DNA of 64,000 nucleotides from a virus. Its lineage: Duplodnaviria; Heunggongvirae; Uroviricota; Caudoviricetes. A program made the translations under genes and the position numbers. Location of the stretch: IMG/VR virus record IMGVR_UViG_3300009744_000018; one strand, written 5' to 3'. The notes below the pieces were generated by a model. It had not been told where the DNA came from, did no database searches, and worked only from the letters and a program-made list of their open reading frames with translations. Positions 56,095 to 64,000 of this stretch are shown here, piece after piece (positions within the stretch are counted from its first letter, which is position 1; the number at the start of each line of letters is the position of its first letter).

Positions 56095-57225
56095 TTAATT
56101 TTGATAAATCAAATTGTTGTAATACTCAACTTCTCCTTCTGTTGCCTCGACAAATAATGCATATTCAGGAACGAACTTATAATAAAGCCTTCCTTTATAT
56201 GAACTTTGTTTATTTTTGTCGAAATGAACTTCAACTATAGGATTTTTACCTGGCCTATCCTGACTTCTGTAAAACACGGCTGCGTTCTGCTGCTCTAGTC
56301 CAACCTCATTGTAAAGCATAAGGCATGCTGTTGCTCGGTAAACAATCTTTCCAGCTTCTTTGATATCCTCTTTTACTGGCCTAACATTTGTATGGCCAGA
56401 TGAGCCCTTTCGTAGTTCAGCTGTACACCAGATTGGAATATTAAATTTTTCAGAAAGATTTCTTAACCTATCAGCTATATCGCTGTATTTTTCTTTTTCG
56501 CTGTAGTATGTCTTATCTTCTGATGTAAGGTCGTGAAAATTATCAATTTGTACAAAAAGTTTTCTGTCAGAACCTATCTCCTCTAAATAATTTAAATGCT
56601 TTTCCACTTCCTTTTCAACAAGCTCAATCGATTTACCTTTGTCCTGGTCGATGATTTTAAATCTATCTAAAGAAGAATACAAATCTCTAATCCCATCTTT
56701 CCTTTTCTCAAGTATCGTTGGGTAGTCTAAATATCTTTCAGGAAGTCTAATTGCGTTAATAGGTATATTCTTTTCAGATGCAACAATTCTTGGCAGTAAA
56801 TCCTTACTGCCGTCATCAAAAGAAAAATACAAACTATAAACATCACCAGCAATAGATGATTGGTTAGCTACATATAACAAAAAACTTGATTTACCAACAT
56901 TGGACTGAGCTCCGACAAATACTAAACCTGACTGAATACCCATAAATTTATCATCTAAAAGTTTAAACCCTGTAGAGAAACCTTCGCCTCTTTCCCAGGC
57001 TACCTTGTCGGAATTTAAAATTGTATAGTACATTTCTTTTTCTATGTCATTTAACTCATCTGGTTTGATATTTGAATTGACTAATAAATCTTCTATAGGA
57101 ATATCTTCTTTTTCTATCTCCTTTTCTGGAGTATCTTCTTCTATATCTATTTCTTCTTCTAACCATTTTTGAAAATCATACTCCTCTTCACTTTCTAAAA
57201 AGTTTTCTATTGCAGTTGTGCTCAT
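56095..57225 (-). CDS. DnaB-family replicative helicase-like ATPase (C-terminal RecA-like domain)
   Basis: STGFKLLDDKFMGIQSGLVFVGAQSNVGKSSFLLYVANQ matches DnaB sTGFteLDrltsGlqpGeLiivAaRPsmGKTafalniAen. Confidence 0.65.
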   Translation of the reverse strand: MSTTAIENFLESEEEYDFQKWLEEEIDIEEDTPEKEIEKEDIPIEDLLVNSNIKPDELNDIEKEMYYTILNSDKVAWERGEGFSTGFKLLDDKFMGIQSGLVFVGAQSNVGKSSFLLYVANQSSIAGDVYSLYFSFDDGSKDLLPRIVASEKNIPINAIRLPERYLDYPTILEKRKDGIRDLYSSLDRFKIIDQDKGKSIELVEKEVEKHLNYLEEIGSDRKLFVQIDNFHDLTSEDKTYYSEKEKYSDIADRLRNLSEKFNIPIWCTAELRKGSSGHTNVRPVKEDIKEAGKIVYRATACLMLYNEVGLEQQNAAVFYRSQDRPGKNPIVEVHFDKNKQSSYKGRLYYKFVPEYALFVEATEGEVEYYNNLIYQN

Positions 57226-57905
57226 TTATTTACACCCCTCTTCTTTAGGTAAGCTTTATAGAAGGGGTGTACTTTTCCAGAGCTTGAATTTTTGACATTT
57301 TCCATTCTTTTTTTACCTTCTTTTGTATAGTATATTATCGACTCAGCAACTTTTGTATCCCAGTTCTCTACACTTCCAAGCCTTTTTATTTCGTCTATTG
57401 TAAATAATAATAAATCTAAATCATAAGATTTTAAGTATCCATTTATTCTTTTTTTATTTCTATCATAAAGAGTCTCATCTTTATCTTTAATATCAAGTCT
57501 TTCGTAAAAATGCTGTACCAAATCCTCTGCTGTAAAAGACTCAACAAGCTCCAAATAAAAAGGTTCTTTTTTCTCGATTATTTTTCCTTCAATTGAAATA
57601 TCAAGAGAGGCAGGCTCCGAAATTTTATGAAGCCTGCTGTTGTAATAAAACTTATCCTCAAGAAGGTTATTTGGCTTTTTTAGAGGAGGGGTGCTATTAA
57701 GGTATGGAACATCGTTTAAACTCTGCACTCCCTCTATGCTGTTGATATCGCAAGATACAATCCTGTTTGTGATGTTGGCTATAGTCCAGCCCTGACTGAG
57801 TAAGTTTTTTGACTGTTCATATATCTGTTTAACATATTTTTTTGAAGGTACAGTCTTTGGGTGCAAAACCAGAAAAAAGCACCTTACTATATCATCTATT
57901 TTCAC
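57222..57905 (-). CDS. Hypothetical protein
   Basis: 227-aa ORF, 4-nt overlap with its neighbour. Confidence 0.4.
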   Translation of the reverse strand: MKIDDIVRCFFLVLHPKTVPSKKYVKQIYEQSKNLLSQGWTIANITNRIVSCDINSIEGVQSLNDVPYLNSTPPLKKPNNLLEDKFYYNSRLHKISEPASLDISIEGKIIEKKEPFYLELVESFTAEDLVQHFYERLDIKDKDETLYDRNKKRINGYLKSYDLDLLLFTIDEIKRLGSVENWDTKVAESIIYYTKEGKKRMENVKNSSSGKVHPFYKAYLKKRGVNK

Positions 57906-58486
57906 ACAGCCTTACCTCCTGCCTCCAAATCTATTTTTCCCTGCAGAAAATCGTTAAAATCCTCTATATTCTTTGGTAGAATATCTCCTACACTTTTTGA
58001 ATTATCATCAAAAAATTCATGCACATAAGGCATTAACTCGCTGTTAGTCTTAAGTCTTAGTTTAGATTTTAACTCCTGAAGTTTTGTTACATCTGCTGCA
58101 TAAAAGATACTACTTTTGGTTGTCCATTTATTCATATCCTCATCAGTCAGTTCCGATTTTAAAATCTTTTCATTTTCATTTTGCGGTTCTTTCCTTTTAG
58201 TCTCTATATTAGCAACTTTACTTTTATCTTTTTTAAGGCTAAAGCCTATATCAAAACTATCAACAAGCTCAACCACAAGCTCAGAGATTTTGTTTTCTAT
58301 CTCTGTTTTTTTTAAAAGTTTGTCTGATAAAAAACCAATAGCTGTGTTAGTGCCAATATCATCAAGGGTAAGTGATACTTTAATTCTTGCCCCCAACTCT
58401 TTTGGCCCTTTTACATCTAAATCTAAATCAATCTTAGGCTTGAAACCTTTACTCCTAAGTTTTGCAAAGTGTTTTAAATAATTCAT
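57902..58486 (-). CDS. Hypothetical protein
   Basis: 194-aa ORF. Confidence 0.4.
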   Translation of the reverse strand: MNYLKHFAKLRSKGFKPKIDLDLDVKGPKELGARIKVSLTLDDIGTNTAIGFLSDKLLKKTEIENKISELVVELVDSFDIGFSLKKDKSKVANIETKRKEPQNENEKILKSELTDEDMNKWTTKSSIFYAADVTKLQELKSKLRLKTNSELMPYVHEFFDDNSKSVGDILPKNIEDFNDFLQGKIDLEAGGKAV

Positions 58487-58499
58487 TTAATACCTCCTT

Positions 58500-58799
58500 T
58501 TACTCTATTGTTGCTATAATGTCTCTTTCATTTATCAACCATAAATCTTCTCCGTCAACTTCAATTTTATGACCTGCATACTGCTTATAAAGTATTTCGT
58601 CACCTTTATTAACACTTGTTTCAATTAGTTTATTTGAATTAGGAGTTTTTCTACCTGGTCCAGCCTCAATTACCTCTCCTTTTAAAACTTCATATTTTTC
58701 AGTTTGCTTTTCAGGAATAATAAGTCCCGATTTTGTTTTTGTCTTACCTTCTTTTTCTTCTCTTTTAACTAAAATAAAGTCATGCATTGGTTTAATCAT
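58500..58799 (-). CDS. groES: Co-chaperonin GroES-like (Hsp10 / T4 gp31 analogue)
   Basis: IKPMHDFILVKREEKEGKTKSGLIIPE...GDEILYKQYAGHKIEVDGEDLWLINERDIIA is the GroES pattern; 99 aa. Confidence 0.65.
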   Translation of the reverse strand: MIKPMHDFILVKREEKEGKTKTKSGLIIPEKQTEKYEVLKGEVIEAGPGRKTPNSNKLIETSVNKGDEILYKQYAGHKIEVDGEDLWLINERDIIATIE

Positions 58800-58943
58800 T
58801 TATTTTCAGCCCTCTCTATAATTTCTTTTTTCATTAATTCTATTTCTTCTTCTCTTTCTAATGTGTAATTAGATGTTTGAAATACAATATTTCTTTCAAG
58901 CTCTTTAACTAGGTCATGAGTTGGGATTATCTTAATCATTTTC

Positions 58944-59495
58944 TTATCCATTTTTTACAAACTCTCTATCACGGAAACTCATACTTCCTGTTGCTCCGTT
59001 TTGACCATTGTATTTCCCGTTGTATAAATTGTCAGGTACATTTTTAGTTTCTGCAAATACAAGCTGACAAATTCTTGTTCCCGGAGTTAATTCTATTGGG
59101 ATTTCATTGGAATTATATAACTCTAATGTAATTTGACCCCAAAAGCCGTTATCGACCCACCCTGCATTCTCAATAAAAAGACCAAGCCTGCCAATTGAAC
59201 TCCTGCCTTCAACAAAGGCTGCTATTTTACCGTCAAGTCTTACGCTTTCTTTTGTTGTAGCCAAAACAAATTGATGAGGTTTTAGGACAAACTTCTCATC
59301 TTTTTCTAAAATTAATTCTTCGTATTCTGTTTTTTGATTAAATTTTATAATTTCATTTTCTTTTTTAATCAAAGAAAAACTATTTCCAAGCCTTAAGTCT
59401 ACGGAAGCGGGTTCAATCTGCTCTTTTTTTAGAGGTCTTATATCTATAAAGCCAGCCTCCATGTTTCGTTTAATATCTTTATCCGACAAAATCAT
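58944..59495 (-). CDS. dcd: dCTP deaminase (dUTPase superfamily)
   Basis: MILSDKDIKRNMEAGFIDIRPL...ASVDLRLGNSF matches Dcd MRLcDrDIeawl..G.l.I.P....i.gAtvDvRLGn.F. Confidence 0.75.
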   Translation of the reverse strand: MILSDKDIKRNMEAGFIDIRPLKKEQIEPASVDLRLGNSFSLIKKENEIIKFNQKTEYEELILEKDEKFVLKPHQFVLATTKESVRLDGKIAAFVEGRSSIGRLGLFIENAGWVDNGFWGQITLELYNSNEIPIELTPGTRICQLVFAETKNVPDNLYNGKYNGQNGATGSMSFRDREFVKNG

Positions 59496-59850
59496 CTATT
59501 CTAACTTCCTCTCTCAATTTAATTTTATTGTACAAATCTTTATTTTTAAATATATTACCTACAATTTCATAATTTTCATTTTGGTAAAATGGACTGATTA
59601 CTTTATTATCCTTGTAATAGCATTCAAGGTACCAGCCATTTAAAGTCTTTCCATTATAACTAAACTTTCCTCTTTTTAAAATTGATATATACTTTTTGTA
59701 TTTCAAAATATCATTTTCATATATTAAATTATTATTAATATCTGAACAACCGGGAGAGCCCATTGAGCCTTCGCTCTCCCAACTGTAAATTAAATGGTTC
59801 ATTTCGCTTCCGTCCCAGGTTCTTATAGGCTCAAAAAACATCAAAAACAT
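59479..59850 (-). CDS. YopX-like phage protein
   Basis: C-terminus ..YEIVGNIFKNKDLY resembles the YopX family end (IGNIYENPELL). Confidence 0.4.
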   Translation of the reverse strand: MFLMFFEPIRTWDGSEMNHLIYSWESEGSMGSPGCSDINNNLIYENDILKYKKYISILKRGKFSYNGKTLNGWYLECYYKDNKVISPFYQNENYEIVGNIFKNKDLYNKIKLREEVRIDDFVG

Positions 59851-59856
59851 CCTCTC

Positions 59857-60597
59857 TTAAAGATTCATTATATTTCTATTTACAATATATTCAGGCATTA
59901 AGGGTAAAATATTTTCTGTAATAACCTGTAATCTTCTCACATCATTACTGCAATGAATTATTTGCGTTTCTTGAAACTCATCAAAACCAATCTCACCTTT
60001 TTTGTACTGGTTGACAAGTTCTCCAACATCTATATATGGATATTCTTCTTCCTTTTTAGGGTCAAAGAAGTTAATATAAACATCCTGTAGAGAATTTGAT
60101 TCTGATGTAGTTACTGAATCTCTTCCACACCAGTCACATCCTTCTGCTTCCTCAAGTTCCATTAATCTTTTATATGTGTCTTTAGTTGTTGTGTACTTAA
60201 TAGAATTGGCAAAAGCAAGCTCCATTAGGTCATCTTTTCTAAGTGATGACTTTGAAGGCAATTTAACTTCGTAAGTTTTAGTATCAAGGTGTCCTTGAAC
60301 AATTGGCATCATATCTAAATGTCTTCTGCTTTTAAAAGGCCATTTTAAATTATTTTTTAAAGCCTGTGTTCTTAAAAATGGCAGGTCAAATCCTCCACGA
60401 TAAGTCTGTGTATTATAACCTACAAGTATTGCTCCTGATAAAGTTTGGCAATAGCTTAGGAAAGTTTCAAGACTTCTAAAATCTAAAACTTTATTTTCTT
60501 TTCTTATTATTGCACAAACAAAATCATCTTCTAGACCTGACAATCCTGTTGTTTCAATATCAAAATAGTGCGGTATTAAACCTTCTATTTTATACAT
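59857..60597 (-). CDS. DEDD-family 3'-5' exonuclease (DnaQ-like)
   Basis: Exo I motif YFDIETTGL. Confidence 0.55.
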   Translation of the reverse strand: MYKIEGLIPHYFDIETTGLSGLEDDFVCAIIRKENKVLDFRSLETFLSYCQTLSGAILVGYNTQTYRGGFDLPFLRTQALKNNLKWPFKSRRHLDMMPIVQGHLDTKTYEVKLPSKSSLRKDDLMELAFANSIKYTTTKDTYKRLMELEEAEGCDWCGRDSVTTSESNSLQDVYINFFDPKKEEEYPYIDVGELVNQYKKGEIGFDEFQETQIIHCSNDVRRLQVITENILPLMPEYIVNRNIMNL

Positions 60598-60642
60598 TTA
60601 ATCTCCTCCTTTTATAAGGAAGGTACAAGACCCTCCTTATCT

Positions 60643-61416
60643 TTAATCTTCGATTTTTTCTTCTTTTATTTTTTCTTTTACTTTTTCTATAATTTCTAAT
60701 AACTTTTCTTCATCTTTAATCTCAGAAACAAGGGCTATATCCCTTTCTTTTCCCATTTTTTCGAGTTCATCAAAAACAATATCCTGTGTTATTGATTGGT
60801 TCTTTTTCCATAGCTGTCTAATTTCTTCTATATTATTATCTTTATGCTCGCTTTTTTTCTGAACTGGAATATCTTTTTTTGTTTTTTTCTTTTTAGGCTT
60901 GGGAGCCTCCTGTTTAATCTTAGGAGAATCCATTTCAGGGTCATCACCAGTGCTCAACATGAAATTGTTGATAAGAAAGTATTTAATAGCACCCGTATAA
61001 GCTTTATAGATGTGCTTGTCGCCTTCGTCTAAAGCATAGCCTGAATATAAAAGCTTGACTTTTGCCCCAGTATCACCACATCGTAAGGTAAAGTACATGC
61101 CTAATTCAATTTCTGTTGAGTTACCTCTTTGAGTTTGGACCTGCTTTTTGCTGTATCCCTTTACTTCACTTGAAATCCATAAATTTTCTTCAGCACATAA
61201 TGGCCTTAGCGCTTCTTTAATATCTTCAGCTGTTGCATATTCATAATCATCATATTTGTTGTAACCACTCTTTTTTATTTTACCTACTTTACCCATAATT
61301 TTTGCTACTTTAGAATAAAGTGTTGCTAAATCTTTCTTGCTTCCGACCTCATCTATTTCCTCAACCTTTTCTTTTGCTTCGGTATTTATATCATAAACAG
61401 TAGCTCTATTTTCCAT
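60643..61416 (-). CDS. ERF-family single-strand annealing protein
   Basis: LYSKVAKIMGKVGKIKKSGYNKYDDYEYATAEDIKEALRPLCAEENL fits the ERF pattern (N..f.YkY..ledV...irp.L...GL). It has a K-rich acidic tail. Confidence 0.5.
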   Translation of the reverse strand: MENRATVYDINTEAKEKVEEIDEVGSKKDLATLYSKVAKIMGKVGKIKKSGYNKYDDYEYATAEDIKEALRPLCAEENLWISSEVKGYSKKQVQTQRGNSTEIELGMYFTLRCGDTGAKVKLLYSGYALDEGDKHIYKAYTGAIKYFLINNFMLSTGDDPEMDSPKIKQEAPKPKKKKTKKDIPVQKKSEHKDNNIEEIRQLWKKNQSITQDIVFDELEKMGKERDIALVSEIKDEEKLLEIIEKVKEKIKEEKIED

Positions 61417-61480
61417 TTTGAAGCCTCCTTTTTTATTCTTAAGTTAAGTATATCAAACAAAACTAAATTATTCAAGTTCT

Positions 61481-61876
61481 TTAGTTTTCATTATCAATTT
61501 TTTTAAAATATTTTTTCATTTTTTCATCAAGCTCTTCTTTGCATTTTTCTGAACAAACGGGAACTTTTCCATAAAGAGTTTTGACAAACATACTCCATTG
61601 ATGTATTGGTGTTGCAATATAATAATCACAGTTTGAACATTTACCAACTGGTTTTGGTTCATAATGTTCGCAATTTTTTGCCAACTCACTTTCGTCCCAA
61701 TCATGTGACTCCATAAATTTAATAGTGACATGTGCATTAGAACATTCATTTAGCTCAGGTATTATCTGAAAATCTTCAGTTACAATACTTTCTATATTTC
61801 TAGAATGTTTACAATTTTTACAATGTTTTTTAGGCATTTTACACCTCCTTTTTATATTTTTTGGATTTTTTTGCAT
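61481..61876 (-). CDS. Cys-rich putative zinc-binding protein
   Basis: CKNCKHS...CSNCDYY..CSEKC. Confidence 0.35.
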   Translation of the reverse strand: MQKNPKNIKRRCKMPKKHCKNCKHSRNIESIVTEDFQIIPELNECSNAHVTIKFMESHDWDESELAKNCEHYEPKPVGKCSNCDYYIATPIHQWSMFVKTLYGKVPVCSEKCKEELDEKMKKYFKKIDNEN

Positions 61877-61933
61877 TTCTTTTTTCTTAATGTTATAATA
61901 TCAATACTAGCAAAATTGGAGGATTGATATATT

Positions 61934-62344
61934 ATGAGCGATGAATTTGATAAAAATAAACTTTATTGGTTCAACCCTCAAAAAGAAAATAGCAAGTGTT
62001 CAAACAAAGATGAGTTTATTTCAGTCAGCACAAAACATGCTTCAAACAGGATTTATTTCAACTCTGCTTTAGTCAAAAATTATTTTATAGACTGTCCTGG
62101 CTATCTGCGTTTTGGCTTTTATGACAATCGTTATCTTATCTTGGAATGTACTAACTCCAATGATGAGCTTGGCTACCCTGCCAAAAAACAAGGAAATAAA
62201 ACTAGCGAATCTAAAGTCGTTATTTCAAGCCCACTTGTAGAAAAGATAACAGAAATTTCAGGACAAAAAGACAATATAGTAAAAAGATACAAAGCTTCTT
62301 TTAATGAAGAACACAATTTAGTTTACGTTGATTTAAAGCAGTAA
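61934..62344 (+). CDS. Hypothetical protein (lone + strand gene)
   Basis: GGAGGATTG RBS, and its own terminator downstream. Confidence 0.45.
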   Translation: MSDEFDKNKLYWFNPQKENSKCSNKDEFISVSTKHASNRIYFNSALVKNYFIDCPGYLRFGFYDNRYLILECTNSNDELGYPAKKQGNKTSESKVVISSPLVEKITEISGQKDNIVKRYKASFNEEHNLVYVDLKQ

Positions 62345-62346
62345 GA

Positions 62347-62378
62347 AAAAGCCCGGTTTTATCCGGGCCATTTTTTTA
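62347..62378. terminator. Rho-independent terminator between convergent genes
   Basis: AAAAAGCCCGGttttatCCGGGCCATTTTTTT. Confidence 0.6.
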
Positions 62379-62714
62379 TTTATTTCCAAAGTCTGGTCTA
62401 ATTATTTTGCCATTTCCTTTTTTCTTTTTGTCTACAGCATCTTCAGGCACAAATAACTTGCTGCCCTTTTTATTCTCCTCAGCTTCCTGCATTCTCATGT
62501 ACTGTTCAACTTGGAATTGGTAATTTTGATATAATGATAGCAGTAAAACTGTATCATAAATTTCTTCATCAAAATTTTCTGAGCCAATACCAACATCATC
62601 AAGCCACATCTTAAAACCCTCAAGTGCCTCTTTTTTTACATCTTCTTTTTCAACTTTTTCGTTATTCATTATTAAGTAGTTCCTCTCTTGTATATTTTTT
62701 GCCGCAGTCGGCAC
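62376..62714 (-). CDS. Hypothetical protein
   Basis: 112-aa ORF. Confidence 0.4.
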   Translation of the reverse strand: MPTAAKNIQERNYLIMNNEKVEKEDVKKEALEGFKMWLDDVGIGSENFDEEIYDTVLLLSLYQNYQFQVEQYMRMQEAEENKKGSKLFVPEDAVDKKKKGNGKIIRPDFGNK

Positions 62715-62865
62715 ATACTAAAACTGTTTTTTTATTTAAAACTCTTGATTGAGCTGTAGGATAATCAAGCCCAACATCTTTAGCAATCAAGTAAATTTCA
62801 TCAAATTTAAAGTAAGGATAGTTACAATTTGGACATCTAAAAAATTCATCACCGTATTTAGCCAT
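62662..62865 (-). CDS. Zinc-ribbon small protein
   Basis: CPNCNYPYF....CADCGKKY. Confidence 0.4.
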   Translation of the reverse strand: MAKYGDEFFRCPNCNYPYFKFDEIYLIAKDVGLDYPTAQSRVLNKKTVLVCADCGKKYTREELLNNE

Positions 62866-62866
62866 T

Positions 62867-63397
62867 TTAATCTTCCTTTTCTAGTCTGTTTATTTTTTCT
62901 TCTAGGTATTTTACTTTATGAAGTAGTTCTAATAAGTACTCGTATTTTGTAGAAAAATACACCTCCTCCATATCATAATCACTTTCTCCCTCAACATTGA
63001 ATCCATATATTAAAATAGGTATTAAACCATGATTAAAGGCTTCGTCTTCAATTTGGTCATGCCATTCTTTTTTAATTGTTATTTGTTTTTTGCCACCTGA
63101 TTTAACGTTTTTTTCTTTGCATTCAATTAATGTGTGCACAGTTTTAACATCGCCCTCAAGACCTGTTATTCCTCCAGATAGGGGCATTCTTTTAGCCATG
63201 TACTGATTATACTCTGTTCTTACTTTTTCCTCTAAACCCATCCCTTTCTTCTTTTTAGAGGGCGTTTTATACTTACTCATTGAGTTGTAGTTTTTATATT
63301 TAACTTCTTTATATTGAGAGCGTCCATCACAAAAAAGACATCTTTCATTTGCATTTTTACAATGAGCTGCTTTTTCGCAGTCATCCACATCCATCAT
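62867..63397 (-). CDS. PD-(D/E)xK-like nuclease (possible resolvase / VRR-NUC-like) with N-terminal Cys cluster
   Basis: LEGDVKTVHTLIECKEK gives D...E.K. The N-terminus is CEKAAHCKNANERCLFCDG. Confidence 0.35.
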   Translation of the reverse strand: MMDVDDCEKAAHCKNANERCLFCDGRSQYKEVKYKNYNSMSKYKTPSKKKKGMGLEEKVRTEYNQYMAKRMPLSGGITGLEGDVKTVHTLIECKEKNVKSGGKKQITIKKEWHDQIEDEAFNHGLIPILIYGFNVEGESDYDMEEVYFSTKYEYLLELLHKVKYLEEKINRLEKED

Positions 63398-63409
63398 TTT
63401 ATCCCCACC

Positions 63410-63706
63410 TTAATCCGGCAATATAGTTATTACATAGTTATAAAACTCAGGCATCACAACAGCTTTAAAGTCCTTTGTTATAACTAAAAGAGAGCCGTCT
63501 CTTTGCTCGATTATTTTCTCTCTTCTTTTTTTGATTGACTTAATTATTTTCTGATTTAAGGTATGCTTACCCATATTTTTAATCTTTTTATTTCCTATAT
63601 ATTCATTACCATGCCTATCTTTGAATCTATCTCTAGCATGCTTTCTTACTTTAAACTTACCCTTTAAACTTTTGTTGTAACATCTGTATCCCACAAACGA
63701 CATCAA
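63410..63706 (-). CDS. Hypothetical basic protein
   Basis: 98-aa ORF. Confidence 0.35.
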   Translation of the reverse strand: MMSFVGYRCYNKSLKGKFKVRKHARDRFKDRHGNEYIGNKKIKNMGKHTLNQKIIKSIKKRREKIIEQRDGSLLVITKDFKAVVMPEFYNYVITILPD

Positions 63707-63712
63707 CCTCCT

Positions 63713-64000
63713 TTAAGCACTTGCTCCATAACCTGATATAATCTGTGACTCAATCTTACCTGCACCAATATCAGTATTAAGCGCATCTCTTTTAGCTTTA
63801 ATAGTTGCTATTACAAAGTCTCTAAAGAAATAATATCTTTCTCTAATTCTATTTCTAATCTCAATTAAGTTCTGAGCGTCATCTCTTTCTGTCCCGTAAG
63901 GATAATAAATCAGCATCTTATATGCTCGTGACTTTCTCTCTTCAGGATTGTTGCCTTTATCCCGATAGACATACTTAACTGCATCAATATAATCTTCCAT
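63713..64000 (-). CDS. Hypothetical protein (5' end at or beyond the window edge)
   Basis: The ORF reaches the window end, where an ATG sits at 63998-64000. Confidence 0.35.
   Translation of the reverse strand: MEDYIDAVKYVYRDKGNNPEERKSRAYKMLIYYPYGTERDDAQNLIEIRNRIRERYYFFRDFVIATIKAKRDALNTDIGAGKIESQIISGYGASA

Noticed and set aside
1-64000. Possibility that the window is bacterial chromosome, given pyrG, an NCS2 permease, amylase, HslV-like, SPFH, tmk and gmk
   Set aside because: Four lines of evidence favour a large phage: gene density with overlapping stops and starts; long single-strand operons of tiny ORFs; multiple homing elements in replication genes; and the combination of tail-fibre, endolysin, ERF, RuvC, GroES, Dcd and a DnaQ-like exonuclease. 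I saw no ribosomal, tRNA or housekeeping operons.

Overview
This 64 kb window is AT-rich (roughly 30% GC) and densely coding. It reads like part of a large virulent-type phage, or phage-like element, of a low-GC, probably anaerobic host; the anaerobic RNR genes nrdD/nrdG suggest that. The gene content is typical of such phages and there are no rRNA, tRNA or CRISPR features that I could see.

**Architecture.** Coordinates 1 to about 17.8 kb are all on the + strand. They hold a host-recognition module: a giant LamG/FN3-repeat fibre protein that runs in from upstream, and a second fibre protein. A cryptic cluster of two paralogous ParB/sulfiredoxin-fold proteins and three tandem paralogous radical-SAM (CxxxCxxC plus C-terminal twitch/SPASM-like) enzymes follows. 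After that comes a lysis-like block: an Amidase_3 endolysin, a NeuB-like fragment, a GH13 alpha-amylase and four small membrane/coiled-coil proteins. A bidirectional terminator at about 17814-17848 marks a strand switch.

From 17.85 kb to the window end almost everything is on the - strand and encodes replication, nucleotide metabolism and recombination functions:
- Redox and translation rescue: thioredoxin and an ArfB-like GGQ protein.
- Nucleases and phosphatases: SNase, a metallophosphatase, a Cas4-like nuclease, RuvC and a DnaQ-like exonuclease.
- Nucleotide metabolism: CTP synthase, an HslV-like Ntn hydrolase, NrdD/NrdG, Gmk, Tmk, dCTP deaminase and an NCS2 nucleobase permease.
- Replication and recombination: a DnaD-domain protein, RecJ, DnaE, a DnaB-like helicase and an ERF annealing protein.
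- Other: an SPFH protein, GroES, a sigma-factor-like protein and many small zinc-ribbon ORFs.

**Mobile DNA.** dnaE is broken into three exons by two group-I-type introns, each carrying a free-standing LAGLIDADG homing endonuclease; exon 1 is not in the ORF track. nrdD contains a Cys...HisAsn/Cys intein with a LAGLIDADG domain. A TnpB-only IS200/IS605-like element with matching subterminal hairpins lies between pyrG and a small gene.

**Most unusual observations.**
- The ParB-like x2 plus rSAM x3 cluster sits next to the tail fibres.
- The nrdD ORF stops just before the glycyl-radical motif. A separate 42-aa ORF with a strong RBS, immediately downstream of nrdG, encodes that motif (..EVYSRVVGFL..NKGK..).
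- A P-loop NTPase gene is frameshifted at an A/T homopolymer.
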